Origin: Paraspadella gotoi
Taxonomy: Eukaryota; Animalia; Chaetognatha
Length of the DNA: 64,000 bases
NCBI GenBank assembly: GCA_051294375.1
Contig: CM119265.1
Span: 26,413,472-26,477,471, forward strand
Direction: 5' to 3'
Shown here: positions 26,481-39,942 of the stretch, one piece after another
How the letters are laid out: each line of letters begins with the position of its first letter
Position numbering within the stretch: position 1 is the first letter of the stretch
The notes under the pieces: generated by a model
Database searches by the model: none
Seen by the model: the letters and a program-made list of their open reading frames with translations, nothing else
Told to the model about the DNA's origin: nothing
Program-made: the position numbers and the translations under genes

Positions 26481-28419
26481 CTCTCCCTCCATCTCTCTCT
26501 CTCTCTCTCCTCTCTCTCTCTTTCTCTCCCTCTGTTCTCTCTCTCTCTTTCTCTATCTATTTTTTTTTTTTCTCTTGTCATTATAATAAAATATAAATTA
26601 AGTATATTATTTCACTCTTCTATTATATCACATCAATTGCACCATAGCGTTACCCAATTACCGAAACTTGCGATAATTTGGTCCAACGTTACATATTTAT
26701 CAAATGACATATATTTGTCACCTGACATAATTGTGGTCAACTATATAATTTAGTCAACTTTTAGATTTTGGTAAACCTTTATAATTTGGTAAACTTTGAT
26801 AATTTGGTCTAACTTTTAACATGTGTGGTCAACAACGTGAGCTTCATCATAGGCAATCTACAAACTGTATGATTATTTTATCTACAATCCTGAAATGAAA
26901 AAATTTTATTCTCACGAACTGTGACAATTTAAATATTTGATCATTGAATTAAAAAATCCTTTGATGCAAATAGTTTTTATATTTTTTGTGGTGGCTCCAT
27001 AATTCACTAAAAGTAGGTGTGTTTGGTCATTGCCTATAATTAGTTTGGTGATTGATATTTAATTCTATTTGATTAAACATCAAGATTATTGAATATTTAT
27101 TTTAAAAATTATGTCTCTTCTCTATCAGGTCCATCAGTATGTCGATTCCAACAAAACAAAAAGAATGGAAAAAAATTTAAAAATAAGAAAAAAAACAAGA
27201 CAGATGACATGATTAGCTTATTTACACTAAATTTGGCCACGTCCTACATTTGTTTGCTCAACTTGTTCTTGTATTCTTTTAATTAAAAATAAAATAATTG
27301 GTGTGTTTTAAAAATACAAATCACTTATAATTTTAGATAAATACAGATAAAAAATTAACAAAAAATTGAAAAAAAATGTATATTTATTCAGTTTACATGA
27401 AACAAGTCTTGAAAGAAAAAAACAAAATTTAGAGAGAGGAAAAAGATGAGAGAGAAAAAAAAGAGAGAGAATGAGAAAAAGACCAACGCAGGAAAAAGAC
27501 CGGAGAAGACGATCGAGAAAGAGAAAGAGAGAGAAGAGAAAAAAAAAGTAGAGAGAAAGAGTGAGAGAGGATGCTATGAGAGCAGTAACAGATAGGGAGA
27601 TGATATTCGTCCAGATACTAATTATACATAGTCAGGAAGTATATTTTTCTCATCTAAACTTTGCTCTCTCCCTAACTCGCCCCTGGGGGAGCAGTTTTTT
27701 GCTCCCCAAGGGTTACCCCCAGGGCAGACTGTTTTTTGGCCCCAGGGGGCCTAAGCACTTGAGGGGGCGCCCTATAGACCCAAAATGTTGGCCCAGGGGA
27801 TAATCCCCCCTGGGGCGCCCCCTGAGGGCAATCCAGAGGGGCGCCCCCCTCAATGACCATTTTACTGCTCCCCTGCGAATAGCCTCCCCTGGGCCGCCCT
27901 AGAGCCACCCCGGGGGGCGGAGGATTTGGAGATGACCATATCTTCTCGTGCAGTTCACGATCNNNNNNNNNNNNNNNNNNNNNNNNNATTAGAGGTAACA
28001 ATCTGATCAGATGATAAAATAATAAATTAATCAATTTATAATTAAATAATTAAAAACTATAACTAAAACTATAACAATTAAATAATTTACTAATTACTAT
28101 TAATTTAATTAAATAATAATATAATTAAATGATCTAATATTTTACTAATTTAATAATTAAAAAAATTAAATAATTAAATAATTAAGTAGGATGTAACAAC
28201 TATAACTACAACAAATAATTAATTAATCTATTAATTAATTAATTAAGTAACTAATTAGAGTTGTTGCGGATTGCTTTCATATTTAATATAAAAGAAAAAA
28301 GTATAAACAAAGAGTAAAATATATTTTTTTTGGGGGGGGTTTTTCAATTCAAACTCATTTCCACTAAGACGATTCCATCACAATTTAATATCCAGCTCAA
28401 TAACATATTTTCTCACCCA

Positions 28420-28625
28420 CACGCAATAATGGCGTTCAAAGCTAAAGATGGACGGACAGACTGACTGATGGACAGACGGACAGACGGATGGATGTTCATG
28501 TTTTTTTTTATAATTTATTAAAATTTGATGTTTCGAGATCATTTCAGTTATATAGCGATAAGATTTTGGGGTGTAACCGACTGACCGAGAAAATGAAACA
28601 TAGAGCCGAAATCTGCAATAAGTAT
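28420..28625. mobile_element. Short interspersed element with GACR microsatellite (DINE/HINE-like)
   Basis: A gacggacagactgactgatggacagacggacagacgg tract followed by accgactgaccga...gagccgaaatctg. A related block sits in the tandem units at ~12900, ~19615-19770 and ~25660-25810. Confidence 0.45.
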
Positions 28626-28681
28626 AAGCAGATCCGGTTAAAAACTTAAAAATTACTAAATAAACTGTTCTCAAAAAAAAA

Positions 28682-30431
28682 ATGGAGCCGAATATAATCA
28701 AAATAAATGAAAAAGAAAATGAGATAATTGAAGAAGTCGATGATCCAACGGACTTACCCATCCCAATTTTTCACGGTTTCCCTTACCCGCATGTCGTAAG
28801 GGAAAGTCAGGACAAGTTTGATGCTTTTCGAAAACAAGTAAGCAAAACCAAAAAAAAAAAGAAACTCTGAACTAACATATTAAAATAAAGAAGGCTACAA
28901 AATAAGCCTTATCAACTACTGTATGCACTATCTCGACCGTAAGTTCCGGGTTCGAATCCGTTTGTCTCCCGATTCATTGACAAAGTGCAGCAGTAGCAAG
29001 CGCCAACGGGTAAGATGGCCCACGGGTGGGGTGCTATTTCAATGAATATTATTCATCTACTCAGCAGTCGGCAATAAGGCATTACTTTTTGCAATTTCGC
29101 TGGCGGTTACCAGAATCGAATGTCTTGATGTTTGTAAATCGTAATTATTCTTTCTCAGACTTCGAAATTTTTTTTTTCCAGGTGAGGTTCAAAGATGGGG
29201 ACGTCATTCAATTGTCCTACCCGAAAGCGGGCAACCATTGGGCCAATGGGTTTCTCGGAATGCTTATGACGAAATCTAAGGAAATAACTAAGGTTTCTCT
29301 CTTACCAAATTAATCAAATTATTAGTTACGAATTCGTCTTAATATTTTTTTTTCTTAACAAAGGTTCATGGGGGACTCATGGAAATCTATTGCGATTCCG
29401 CAATGATCGAGACTTGTCCGCATCCAAGAATTTTTTTCACTCATATCCCGTATCATCAGTTACCCCGGGACATAATTGAAAATAAGAAAATCAAAATATT
29501 ACTGCTCATCAGGTAAGGTAATACAATGAACATGTTTGATTGTGTTAATATTACAAAATCGTTCAGAAACCCGAAGGATACAGCGGTGTCTTATTATCAC
29601 TTTATGAAGAAATGGATCTGTCGCGGTAAAATATTTACAGGTAGAGAGGTATTTGTACATCGTAGTCGTGAACAAGAATATATATATATATAATTATATT
29701 GTATATACATTTTCTTTTACAAGGAAACTTAACTTCTTTCGTTAAGCCGTGGATTGAGGGTCGTTTAAGCTATGGCTCGTGGTACGTGCATACACCATCT
29801 TTAAATTTTCTTTTAATTTACAGTCTTATACTTAATAAAAGTATTCTTGTTGTTTATTGATAGGTCGTTATTATTACCGCTCAATCTCGAAAAATATTTG
29901 TTGGGCTGGAAAACGTCACGTGGCTTCAATACGAGAAAATGAAGTCAAATTTCGTTCCAAATTTGAGACACATTGCGAAATTTTTGAACGTCGATGTTTC
30001 CGATGACTTTCTCAAGTACGAACATTTATAGTTAATATAAATCAAACAATATGAAATTATGATATGATATTTACGCTCTCTCGATCCCCAATCGCCCCTA
30101 TTGCACATTGCACATTGCACACCACAGCGAATGACTAACAACCCTTATCGTCCAACTACCCAACCCGCCTCAATGGACCTTAAACCAACCCATACCAAAC
30201 CTTACCCTCCCATACAGGATAATAGAGTCGAAGACATCTCTTCCCGAAATGAGCAAATGGGCGACCGGGCAGATGTCCGCCAACGGGCAGACCGCTTTCT
30301 CCGACTATTTCCGGAAGGGCGTGGTCGGAGACTGGAGGACGCAGATGGAAGAAGACGACGCCAGAAAGATCGACGAGATGCTGGAGGAGCTGAAGCCTCT
30401 TCTCAAAGGCTACGAAGATGTTGATCAATGA
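28682..30431 (+). CDS. Cytosolic PAPS-dependent sulfotransferase (Sulfotransfer_1 family), 7 exons, ~300 aa
   Basis: Exons 28682-28837, 29182-29292, 29364-29512, 29567-29640, 29724-29781, 29864-30015, 30218-30431, all GT-AG. Motifs: 5'-PSB SYPKAGNHW, catalytic His in PRIFFTHIP, 3'-PB IRNPKDTAVSYYHF, YGSW, LQYEKMK, C-terminal YFRKGVVGDW. There is a frame inconsistency at the exon 5/6 junction (see findings). Confidence 0.92.
28930..29040 (+). mobile_element. tRNA-derived SINE-like fragment in sulfotransferase intron 1
   Basis: B-box-like ccgggttcgaatccg at ~28946-28960 followed by a GC-richer body. No full cloverleaf. Confidence 0.45.
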
Positions 30432-32039
30432 AGTCAAGGGTGGACGACGATTGGCTTTCGTAATTCTGTGTACTTTTTGTGAAAAAAAAATTTGGGGGGG
30501 ACTGTAAATAAGTTTTAAATAATTGATTTGATTTATTTTAATTTTGTGCGCCCGAGTTGTCAGGTTAACTCAGGCAATTTCTTTTTTCTCTTAATGAGTT
30601 TAAGCGATTCTTGTTATGTGCCTTACTTTTGGAATATTTTTTTTTTCTCATCTTCTCTCTCTTCTCTGCTTCTCTCTCTCTCTCTCTTCCTCTCTTCATC
30701 TCTCTCTCTCCTCCTCTCTCTCTCCTCTCTCTCTCTCTCCTCTCTTCTCTCCCTCTCTCTCATATCTCTCTCTCTCTTCGTTTAATTAGTGGAGGGCGAC
30801 GACATTTTCGTTGACAATGACGACGTGTATACGAAAACAACAACAAACAACAAACGACAAAAGACGACGCCCGCTTCGACAAAAAAAGCCATAATTTTGG
30901 GTGGTCTAACCTTTAGAGGACCCTCATTTTTGGAAAACACATTTCCTCTCGACCATGAACGAACATATACAACACATACGATATACATAATGCGTATTTA
31001 CATGATAGTACCATTACGATATACAATTTCTATCCGACTCAGTACACATTATCAATCGCCGTCCCCTCTTGCGAAGCTGCTGGCCATTTCCAATCAGTGA
31101 TGAACAGATTCGAAAGAACATAAGTGAAGAAAAAATGGGATAGAGAGAGAGAGAGAGAGAGGAGAGAGAGTAGAGAGAGAGAGAGAGGAGAGAGAAAGAA
31201 GGAGAGGAAACCCTGTCCGAGATGATATTATGGAACACAACGAACTAGATGAGCCCAAAAGTGCAAAGTGAAGACAGACCTCGCTGATTAGAAAGCCGGC
31301 GGATCATCAATTCTTGGAGTAAATCTGTAGTATTATCTCTCTTCTTCACTCTTCCCGTCCCTCTCGTCCCTCCTCGTACTCGCGCCTCCCCACTCCCTCA
31401 TCCCCTTCTGCACTCAGAAGTCGCTCTCCTTCTCCTCTCCCTCCCGGGCCACTCCCCATCGTCGTCGCTCTCCTCCTCTCCTCCCCTCCGTCCCTCCTCC
31501 TCTCTTCTCCTCCCAGATCCCCGATCTNNNNNNNNNNNNNNNNNNNNNNNNNNNNNNNNNNNNNNNNNNNNNNNNNNNNNNNNNNNNNNNNNNNNNNNNN
31601 NNNNNNNNNNNNNNNNNNNNNNNNNNNNNNNNNNNNNNNNNNNNNNNNNNNNNNNNNNNNNNNNNNNNNNNNNNNNNNNNNNNNNNNNNNNNNNNNNNNN
31701 NNNNNNNNNNNNNNNNNNNNNNNNNNNNNNNNNNNNNNNNNNNNNNNNNNNNNNNNNNNNNNNNNNNNNNNNNNNNNNNNNNNNNNNNNNNNNNNNNNNN
31801 NNNNNNNNNNNNNNNNNNNNNNNNNNNNNNNNNNNNNNNNNNNNNNNNNNNNNNNNNNNNNNNNNNNNNNNNNNNNNNNNNNNNNNNNNNNNNNNNNNNN
31901 NNNNNNNNNNNNNNNNNNNNNNNNNNNNNNNNNNNNNNNNNNNNNNNNNNNNNNNNNNNNNNNNNNNNNNNNNNNNNNNNNNNNNNNNNNNNNNNNNNNN
32001 NNNNNNNNNNNNNNNNNNNNNNNNNNNNNNNNNNNNNNT

Positions 32040-32249
32040 ATCTGTGTTGACAAAATGATTGAAAAAATGTCGACGGAAAATGTCTGCGACTTTTTACAAG
32101 CTTCACATCTCTATGAATGTATGGACCTTATGTATCAATGCTTGGAATACTTCAAGATGAATGCAAAAAATGTCATAACGACCGATGGGTGGAAAAAACT
32201 GACGCATGTTCCGGAATTAACTTCAGAAGTTGTTTCCTTTATTGTTTAG
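32040..32249 (+). CDS. C-terminal end of a BTB/BACK (SPOP/TDPOZ-like) protein; 5' part lost in the gap
   Basis: ICVDKMIEKMSTENVCDFLQASHLYECMDLMYQCLEYFKMNAKNVITTDGWKKLTHVPELTSEV* follows the SPOP-type pattern C...L.VEN....L..A.....L...C...I.......V..T.GWK.....P.L..E. Confidence 0.75.
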   Translation: MCVDKMIEKMSTENVCDFLQASHLYECMDLMYQCLEYFKMNAKNVITTDGWKKLTHVPELTSEVVSFIV

Positions 32250-32259
32250 NNNNNNNNNN

Positions 32260-32374
32260 ATGATTGAAAAAATGTATCAATGCTTGGAATACTTCAAGAT
32301 GAATGCAAAAAATGTCATAAAGACCGACGCATGTTCCGGAATTAACTTCAGAAGTTGATTCCTTTATTGTTTAG
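32260..32374 (+). pseudogene. Internally deleted tandem copy of the BTB/BACK 3' end
   Basis: Repeats 32055-32249 with two internal deletions, immediately after a 10-N gap. Confidence 0.6.
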
Positions 32375-32637
32375 ATAAAATTGTTATCATTCTCTGATTA
32401 TGGTGTCTTTGTAATTTTTGAATTTTGTTAATCTAACAATTTTAGATGTTGATCAATACAAGAAAAAATCGCTTTTGTACTCGCCGCTCACCTAAAGAGT
32501 AGGAAGGGAATCCGGCGGAATTGAAATTCCGCCCGAGTTTCCGGCGCCGAGACTTTTTTTTCTGCCGGAAAAATCAACCGTCGATTCGAATTTTCGAATC
32601 TCAGAAGAAAACAAAATTTTTTGGGAAAAAAACTTTT

Positions 32638-32675
32638 TAGCCGCCATTTTGGAAATTTTTAGCCGCCATCTTGAA
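32638..32675 (-). promoter_or_regulatory. Two YY1-like motifs
   Basis: gccgccatttt and gccgccatctt in a CpG-containing patch. A similar aaaatggcg with an NRF1-like gcgcgtgcgca occurs at 34944-34977. Confidence 0.35.
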
Positions 32676-32989
32676 AATTGAGAGGAAAGTTGAGGGGAGG
32701 GAAAGATAGAGAGGAGTGAAGGGTGGAGGGGAAGGAAGGAGGGATGAGGTGATTAGGAAGGAAGGAGGAAGTGATTAGGGAAGAGGAGGTGATAAGGAAG
32801 AAAGAGAGAGAGGAAGAGAAAGAGGGAAAGATAGAAAGATAGGAAAACAAAGAGAATGAGGAGGAAGTGATAGTTAGAAGAGAAGAGTAGATGTGACAAG
32901 CTGTGATAGTGATAAATAGCGTTAGAGGAGTAAAGATAAAGTTGTTATATATATATCGTTAAATTTAAGCGGATAGGAAACTTTGACAC

Positions 32990-33130
32990 TTGACCGATAC
33001 GCTCAGCAGCCGATACATGACGCAACCGAAACGCGCAGCAACCACTCCGCGCCGCAACCGATACGCGCCGCGACCCATACGTGCCGCAACCGATACGCGC
33101 AGCAACCAACACGTTCTTCGACCGACGAGC
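32990..33130. repeat. ~20-bp GC-rich minisatellite
   Basis: About 6-7 copies of gcaaccgatacgcgccgc and variants. Confidence 0.75.
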
Positions 33131-33299
33131 ACGAGCGATGATTCTGAATGAAACTCGAATTGAAAAACGTTTTTCTCTTCAGGAGGTGAGAAAAAAAAAT
33201 AGAGCTTTGGGTAAGTTCGGTGGGTGAGTTGAAATTTAACGTTGGTTCGGAGAAAGGAAAGGAATTTTGTGAAATTTTGAAGACGAGAAAAGATGAGGA

Positions 33300-34573
33300 A
33301 GAGATTTTGAAGAGAAAGAAATTAGTGTGAGATTATTATGAGAAAAAAAAGTTTATTAAAAAATCCAATTTACAATTTTGGGAAGGATCTGAAATAATTT
33401 TCTCCGTTTCTTTTTAGGAAAATTGGGGCTTTTATTGTAATTAAACTGCAAATTTAAAACGATTTAGTTTTGATAAATTAAGTTAAATGCAGAAAATTTT
33501 CTTTTTTTTTTCTATAATATATTTTCACTAAAATTTTCATTTTAGGCCAAAAAAAAAATCTTTAAATCGATTGCATTAAAAGGGTATTTGTTTTCTTTTT
33601 ATTGTCTGGTTTTATTTGCTTACGTTTAAAATTAAAAATTTCAGCTAATCATCGTCGCATTCATGAAATCATTTTCATCTCAAAATCGAAACATGTCGAA
33701 TATTGAGTCGTACAAATTCACCGTCAATAAAAACTGTCTACATTTATTGTGATATAAAATCGAACGGGTTGCGCCAAAAAATTGTTTCCTTCTTCACTTT
33801 TCTTTTGTCAACAAAAAATGTGGTTGTGGGAAATTCAGACGTCGGCGGAAAAACGAAGAGGGACTTCGGCGGCGGAAGAGGAAATAAAATATTTACGAGT
33901 CGAGGGGGTTGTGGGGAAGGATGTGGGGATGTGGGGAAAGATGTCGGGAAGGATTTGGGGATGTGGGGAAGGATTTGGGGAAGGATGTTGAGATGTGGGG
34001 AAAGATGTGGGGAAGGATGTGGTTGAGGAATGTGTGGATAAGTGGGGTGAAGAATGCGAAAGTGGGCAGGAATGTAGTAAAGAATTGGATGTGTTGAGGC
34101 TGGCGTATAATGTGGTGAATAATCTAAGAGTGCAAAAAAATCTGATTTCTGTGAGTCTGTGAGGCTGCGAGGTTGAAGGAAAATGTGTTTAATACTGTTT
34201 ATATAGGTTTGCGGTGTGTCTGATAGTGTCACAGAAAGTGGTTTGTGAAATTTAATTAAAGAAGTTTTTGGGAGACAAGCATTCATATTTTAGTACAAAC
34301 ATTGTGCAAATATAGAAGAAATAAATGTTAAGAAAGTTAAGTATAATGAGATGTATAATGTATAATGTACAATGAGAAAAGAAGTTGGAAGAGATAAAAT
34401 GTGAAAGATTTTGTGTTTTTTTGTCCAAACTTAGAGAAGTAAAAGATACAGGGTAGAAAGAAGAAAAGTCTGTTGGGTCAACTGTAACGGAAATCTGAGT
34501 TGCAGACTTTAAGGAGAGACGAATGAAAGTCAAAACAGTCGGCGACGGGAAATGACAGAGAGAGAGTAGGAAC

Positions 34574-34633
<60 letters not shown>

Positions 34634-35535
34634 ATTAAGACTTTTGACTCCGTGGCTAAGCTCATGGGGAGACCAATAATCGTTGTCGTTGTAGCTGTCA
34701 TAGTGGATGGAGTTGTAACAATATTTATTGCTGTTGTTGTTATGATAAAGGCATAGTTTATCTGGTTTATTCTCCTCCCTTAAAATTATTTACTCATAGT
34801 TTTTTTTTTCGAACAAAAGGAACAACAACTAAATCCAAAAGTACAACAACAACAACATCAATAACAAAAAAAACGAAGATTTTTTTATCGCGACTTCGAT
34901 GTTTCATTTTAATAAGAAAAGAAAAAGAAAAAAAAGGCAAAACAAAATGGCGACGAAGAGTGAAACGCGCGTGCGCAGAACGAATATTCATCTTTGATTT
35001 AATTGCATTTCAAAATTATTCTTTTAGTTGCATAACTTTTCGTTTTATTGTGTAAAACGTCTTAAAAATTTTTTGAATTATTTACTCTGCAAAAAATATT
35101 GAAATTATCGTTAGTTTAAAAAAGAAAGTAATTATTTCCTGCCCGATTTTTTTCTAACTCTCGCAGAAACTGCGTCAAGAACTGTAACCCTGTTTGTAAC
35201 AGTTAAACAGCAAATCAACTGTAAATACAATGAAACGTCTTTTGAGTTATTTTTTCCCTTAAGAACCGAGAGAGAAAAAAAAAGAACATCGACCAAACAA
35301 AAGTTAATTCTTTCGCTGATGATTCCGATGCCCTTGCGCCCGGACGGTCCTTCGGTCTTTATTTCTTTCTTTCTTTTCTTTCTTTCTTTCTTTTCAGTCT
35401 TTAATTTTTTATTTTTTTCATTATTAGTTTACTTATCAGTTTATCTGTTTCTTTCTATCTTTTCATCTATCCTTTTTTCATTTCCCTTCCGTCTTTCCTA
35501 CAAGAGCTCCAATCTCTCTCTCTCGTCTCTCCTCT

Positions 35536-35578
<43 letters not shown>

Positions 35579-36622
35579 CTCTCTCCTCTACTCTCTCATC
35601 TTCTCTTCCACCCTCCCTTCTTCATTCCCGCTCTCTTCTCAGCCCGCTCTCACGAACAGCGACAGGTAATTATCATGCTGGCCAACAGAAAGACAACTGG
35701 GTTTGTACAACGTAATACTCAAAAAAAAAAAAAAATCAATGGTTTATTTTGTATTTTAAGGAGATAAAGTAGAGGCCACTAAACTCATATTGATAGTCTG
35801 AAAAGAATTCGCGAGAAATTAAATGAATAAACAGTAGAGTTTTAAAAGATTAAACATCAAAGACAACAAAGTTGACGATCAATGTATTTATCCTATATCG
35901 AATTTAGTCCTTACAGCACAAAAACCGTTTATTACAGAGGAAATTAAGCTAAATTCCTTTCGATCGATATCAAAAAACGTCTGGAAAATCCTACAGCAAT
36001 AACTGTAATTAAAGCTTTTTGCATAACATGCCAAAATTCCTAGCGCCGCTTCCTTACAAAATTTAGGGAAATTTTGGCGAAATTTTGACTTCTGACTTTT
36101 GGCAGATTTTCTGACTGCAATCCCCCTGATTAATGAAAATGTAGGATAGAGAAGCAGAATGTCCCACGCATCCTCTCCAGAACTCTTTACTTTTTGACAG
36201 CAACAATAGTGAGAGAAATAATAGCATTCCCAACGGGCGCTTCTCTGAACCTTTGGAGAAAGTCATGGTTGCCGAATGTATATCTTTTTAATGGATTGCG
36301 TTGTCATTACAATTTTTCACAAGTGTACCAATTTTCATTCGATTATTTTGAAGAAGAAATAAACCTGTATTTTTATTTTTATTTTAGCTTCAACTTTTAG
36401 AATTTCCCACACTGTCGTTTGTCACGTGATCTCGTCCTTTCGTCCAGCTCACGATGGCATCTCAGCGTGAAGGTCACATGTTCACAATATAACCCGGTGA
36501 CGAGTTCACAATGTTGCCGCTTGAACTTTCCATTCACATCGGCCCCTTTCTGATAACCTCGTCGCGTGACTCTGACGGCGTGAACCTTCGAGACCCGCGC
36601 GCGCACCAAAAACGCGATGCGT

Positions 36623-36682
<60 letters not shown>

Positions 36683-37707
36683 GAGAGAGAGAGTCACCAA
36701 GACCCACGCCCACGTTGAATCTGGATTCGCTACTCGACGTGAGTACCACAACAACTCTTTCATTATTATGTATTTGCTACAACCAATATAAAAATTACCA
36801 ATTCATTTAATAAATAAGCTATCCGACCCTTGACTTTGGACAGGCAATAGTGGGTTAATGCCTTCATCGCTCTCACCAGATAATGACGTAGCATGACCTC
36901 GTTTATGAAATAATGTTTCAAAGAATGTTTTATGTATCTTTTTTCTCCCCCTTTCTCTTTTACAACATGCGCCTCTTCATTTATTACTCCCTCCCCTTCC
37001 TTTACATTCTTCAGGTTTGTTGCTTCACCTTTCCTTATTTCTGTCCCTCCCTTCCTCCTTTCCGACCTCTTGTCCTCCAAACGACTTCTCCTTCCCTCCC
37101 TCTCTTCCTTCCTCCCTCCCTCCCTTTTTCCCTTACTTCTTTCTCTTTTTTCCTCCTTTCCTCCCTCTCGTCCTCCCTCCTTCTTCTCCTCTCTTCCTCC
37201 CTCCTTCCCTTCCACCTTTCATTCCTCTCTCTCTTCCTCCATCCCTCCCTCTTTTCCTCTCTCCCTCTTTCATTCCTTCCCACGCTCGTGACCTTCGATC
37301 GAAGGTGAATCGACTTCCGCCGAAGTCGATAACGACAACAACAACCAGAACTACAACGACAACAACCACAACGACGAAAAGAACGAAAACGACGACGACG
37401 ACGACGACGACGACAACATCAATTACTACAAGGAGGAAAACGATGATTACGAAAACCACAACGACAACCACAATGACGACAACGAAGAAAACGATGTCCA
37501 CATCAATTACAACAACAACAATAATAACGACAATGACGACAACGAAGAAACCAATAATGATGACAACAACGACAACGACAACAACCACAATGATGACAGA
37601 GACAGAAACAATAATAACGACGACGACAACAACATTCCAACATTCACAACAACGACGACAATGATTATGCAACGATCAAAACACTTCCCATCATCCACGG
37701 CTCCCTC
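33300..37707 (+). repeat. Left arm of a ~4.5-kb inverted duplication
   Basis: Collinear reverse complement of ~43523-48180 (e.g. 33690-33900 vs 47530-47770, and 36400-36620 vs 44710-44945). Confidence 0.9.
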
Positions 37708-38051
37708 AAAGAGAGAGAGCTAAAAGCGCAGACTCGTTTTTCAAACGTTTACTGGTTCGCTCGGACGAATATTGCCTTTCGCTTCTCTCCTCTTCCGCCC
37801 TGCGGTAGATTCACCTCTCTCTCCTTTTTAAAACGTAGTGGCGCCGATGTTTATTGTTCAATTCTTATCTCTTTTGATAAAAATGTTAACATATCAATGA
37901 GATGTTACTTCTGCTAAATTCTTGTCGAAATTCAATTGACCGAGAAATTTTTCAATTTCATGCAAAGCGAAAACTGGCAGTTTATCGGAAGAGAGAAGAG
38001 AGAGAAGAGAGAAAAGCGAAGAGAGAGATAGAGAGAGAGAGAAGAGGACGA

Positions 38052-38082
<31 letters not shown>

Positions 38083-39860
38083 AAATTAATTNNNNNNNNN
38101 NNNNNNNNNNNNNNNNGAATTGTACATAGATATAGAGCCGAGGCATGACGTTACCAGGGAATTAATATTATTCAATGGCATGACTATTGAATGGGGGAGT
38201 CGGCAGAACATAGCAGAGATTAAGATGGCATGGTTTAGCATGAAAAAAGCATGGCAATAGCATGGCGAGTTCGTCCCACTCGTTTTTTCTCTCTCGTCCT
38301 CGAGATCTCAACCGAAAACTGAGTTTTTTTTTTTTTATTTCGATTCGCGATTTTTTATTTCTTTTTTTTATTTTTCGAGGTCGTTGCTTCGTTATGATTA
38401 TTAAGATGAGCATCGTTCGAACTCGAAGCTCCGGATCAAGATTCCTTTATATTTCACTTCTATTCAAAACTGCATAGTCAAGGCCAAACAAATTATGTCA
38501 ATATCGGGCAGATTCGAAAGCTTGGCGTCTGGGAAGCCAATGAGGTAGAGCGCGATTCGAAATTCCCTTTTATCATGCCCAAAAATGGTATTTAAATGGA
38601 CTGGTCAGGCCGTTTTTTCCCTATTCTAAGAAAACCTCCTGCTTTGAGTAAAAAAGACCAAATCATACATATTAGTACGTTCCGAAACTTATTGTCTTCT
38701 CTACATAATGAAAAAAGCAAAATTTAAAATTCTTAGCAATCTTTAATTGCTTGATAAAGCAATCAAATGAACTGTTTTTTAGGTAAAACTGCATAGTCAA
38801 GCCTTCATTTTTTTCAATTTTGATCACAATTGACAGAAACGTATTGATTTTACTATTCAAATCAGGTAGAGCGCGGCTTAATTCCAAAAGCGTTTTCTCA
38901 ATTATAATGCAAAATTTAAAAAAAGTCCAATAAAAACTATTAAAAACTAAAAATCGTCGACAGTGTTAGCTTTTGAGTTCAAAATGCAGAACATAATTTT
39001 TAAATTTTTTATATTATTATATAATATATAAAAATATTATATAATACTATATTATAGTATTGAAAATAAATTTTTTATTAATCTGAGAAAGGTAGTACTA
39101 TATATTAAAAAGTATATATATATAAAAAAATATATTTACTAATAAAATTAGTTAATTTTTTTAAACTGCGAGTTTTTTTTTATTATGTATGATTAAAATA
39201 TAAGATTAAAAAATTTAAATTTTAAATAAAATATAATAATCATATTAAAAATAATAATAATAAATCAAAAATTTATTTTTTTTTTTTTAATAATAATAAT
39301 AATAATAATATTAATAATAATAAATAAAATATAATATTTTATTTTTTAATTTTATTTTTTTTATTATAATTATTATTTTTATTTTTATTATTATTTTTAT
39401 ATTATTATTATTTTATTATATTATATAAAATCTGATAATAATATATATTTTTTATAAAATAATTTTATTTATTTATTTAAAATTATAAAAATTATGTTTT
39501 AATTTTTTAATATTCAAATAAATTTAAAAAAAAATTTTATAATTAATATATATAATAAAAAAAATATTTTTAACTGAACGGGATTTTTCTGAAAATTCAG
39601 GCCAGGATCTCACTGTGCGCCGGTTCTAAAGCTTAGTACTACGCATAGTACTAATCTTGTTGGATCAAACGAGCTCGATTTTAAAGGAAAGTGATCGTTT
39701 GAAGAGCCGATTTTTGCGATGGTTTTGGCGATTACTTTGAACGATTGTCGGATTATGATGAAATATGCATGTAGATAATGTTTTGTATTGTCTATCGAAC
39801 GCTACCAATTTGATATAAAACAATGAGTTTGTTTAGAAACGATGCTCTCCCCAGATTAAT

Positions 39861-39934
<74 letters not shown>

Positions 39935-39942
39935 CATGGCTA

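Noticed and set aside
28940-28965. tRNA gene
   Set aside because: Only a B-box/T-arm is present, with no acceptor stem or D-arm; treated as a SINE fragment.
36397-36609. KGADVN ankyrin-like motif in a minus-strand ORF
   Set aside because: No TPLH motif or helical ankyrin pattern; the frame is disrupted in the duplicate copy.
37017-37672. Thr-rich, mucin-like ORF
   Set aside because: Degenerate (ACA/ACG)n trinucleotide tract; no signal peptide or splice support, and the frame is not kept in the duplicate at 43.5-43.9 kb.
38990-39570. Nearly pure AT tract resembling organellar DNA
   Set aside because: No tRNA, rRNA or ORF features; low-complexity or low-quality sequence.
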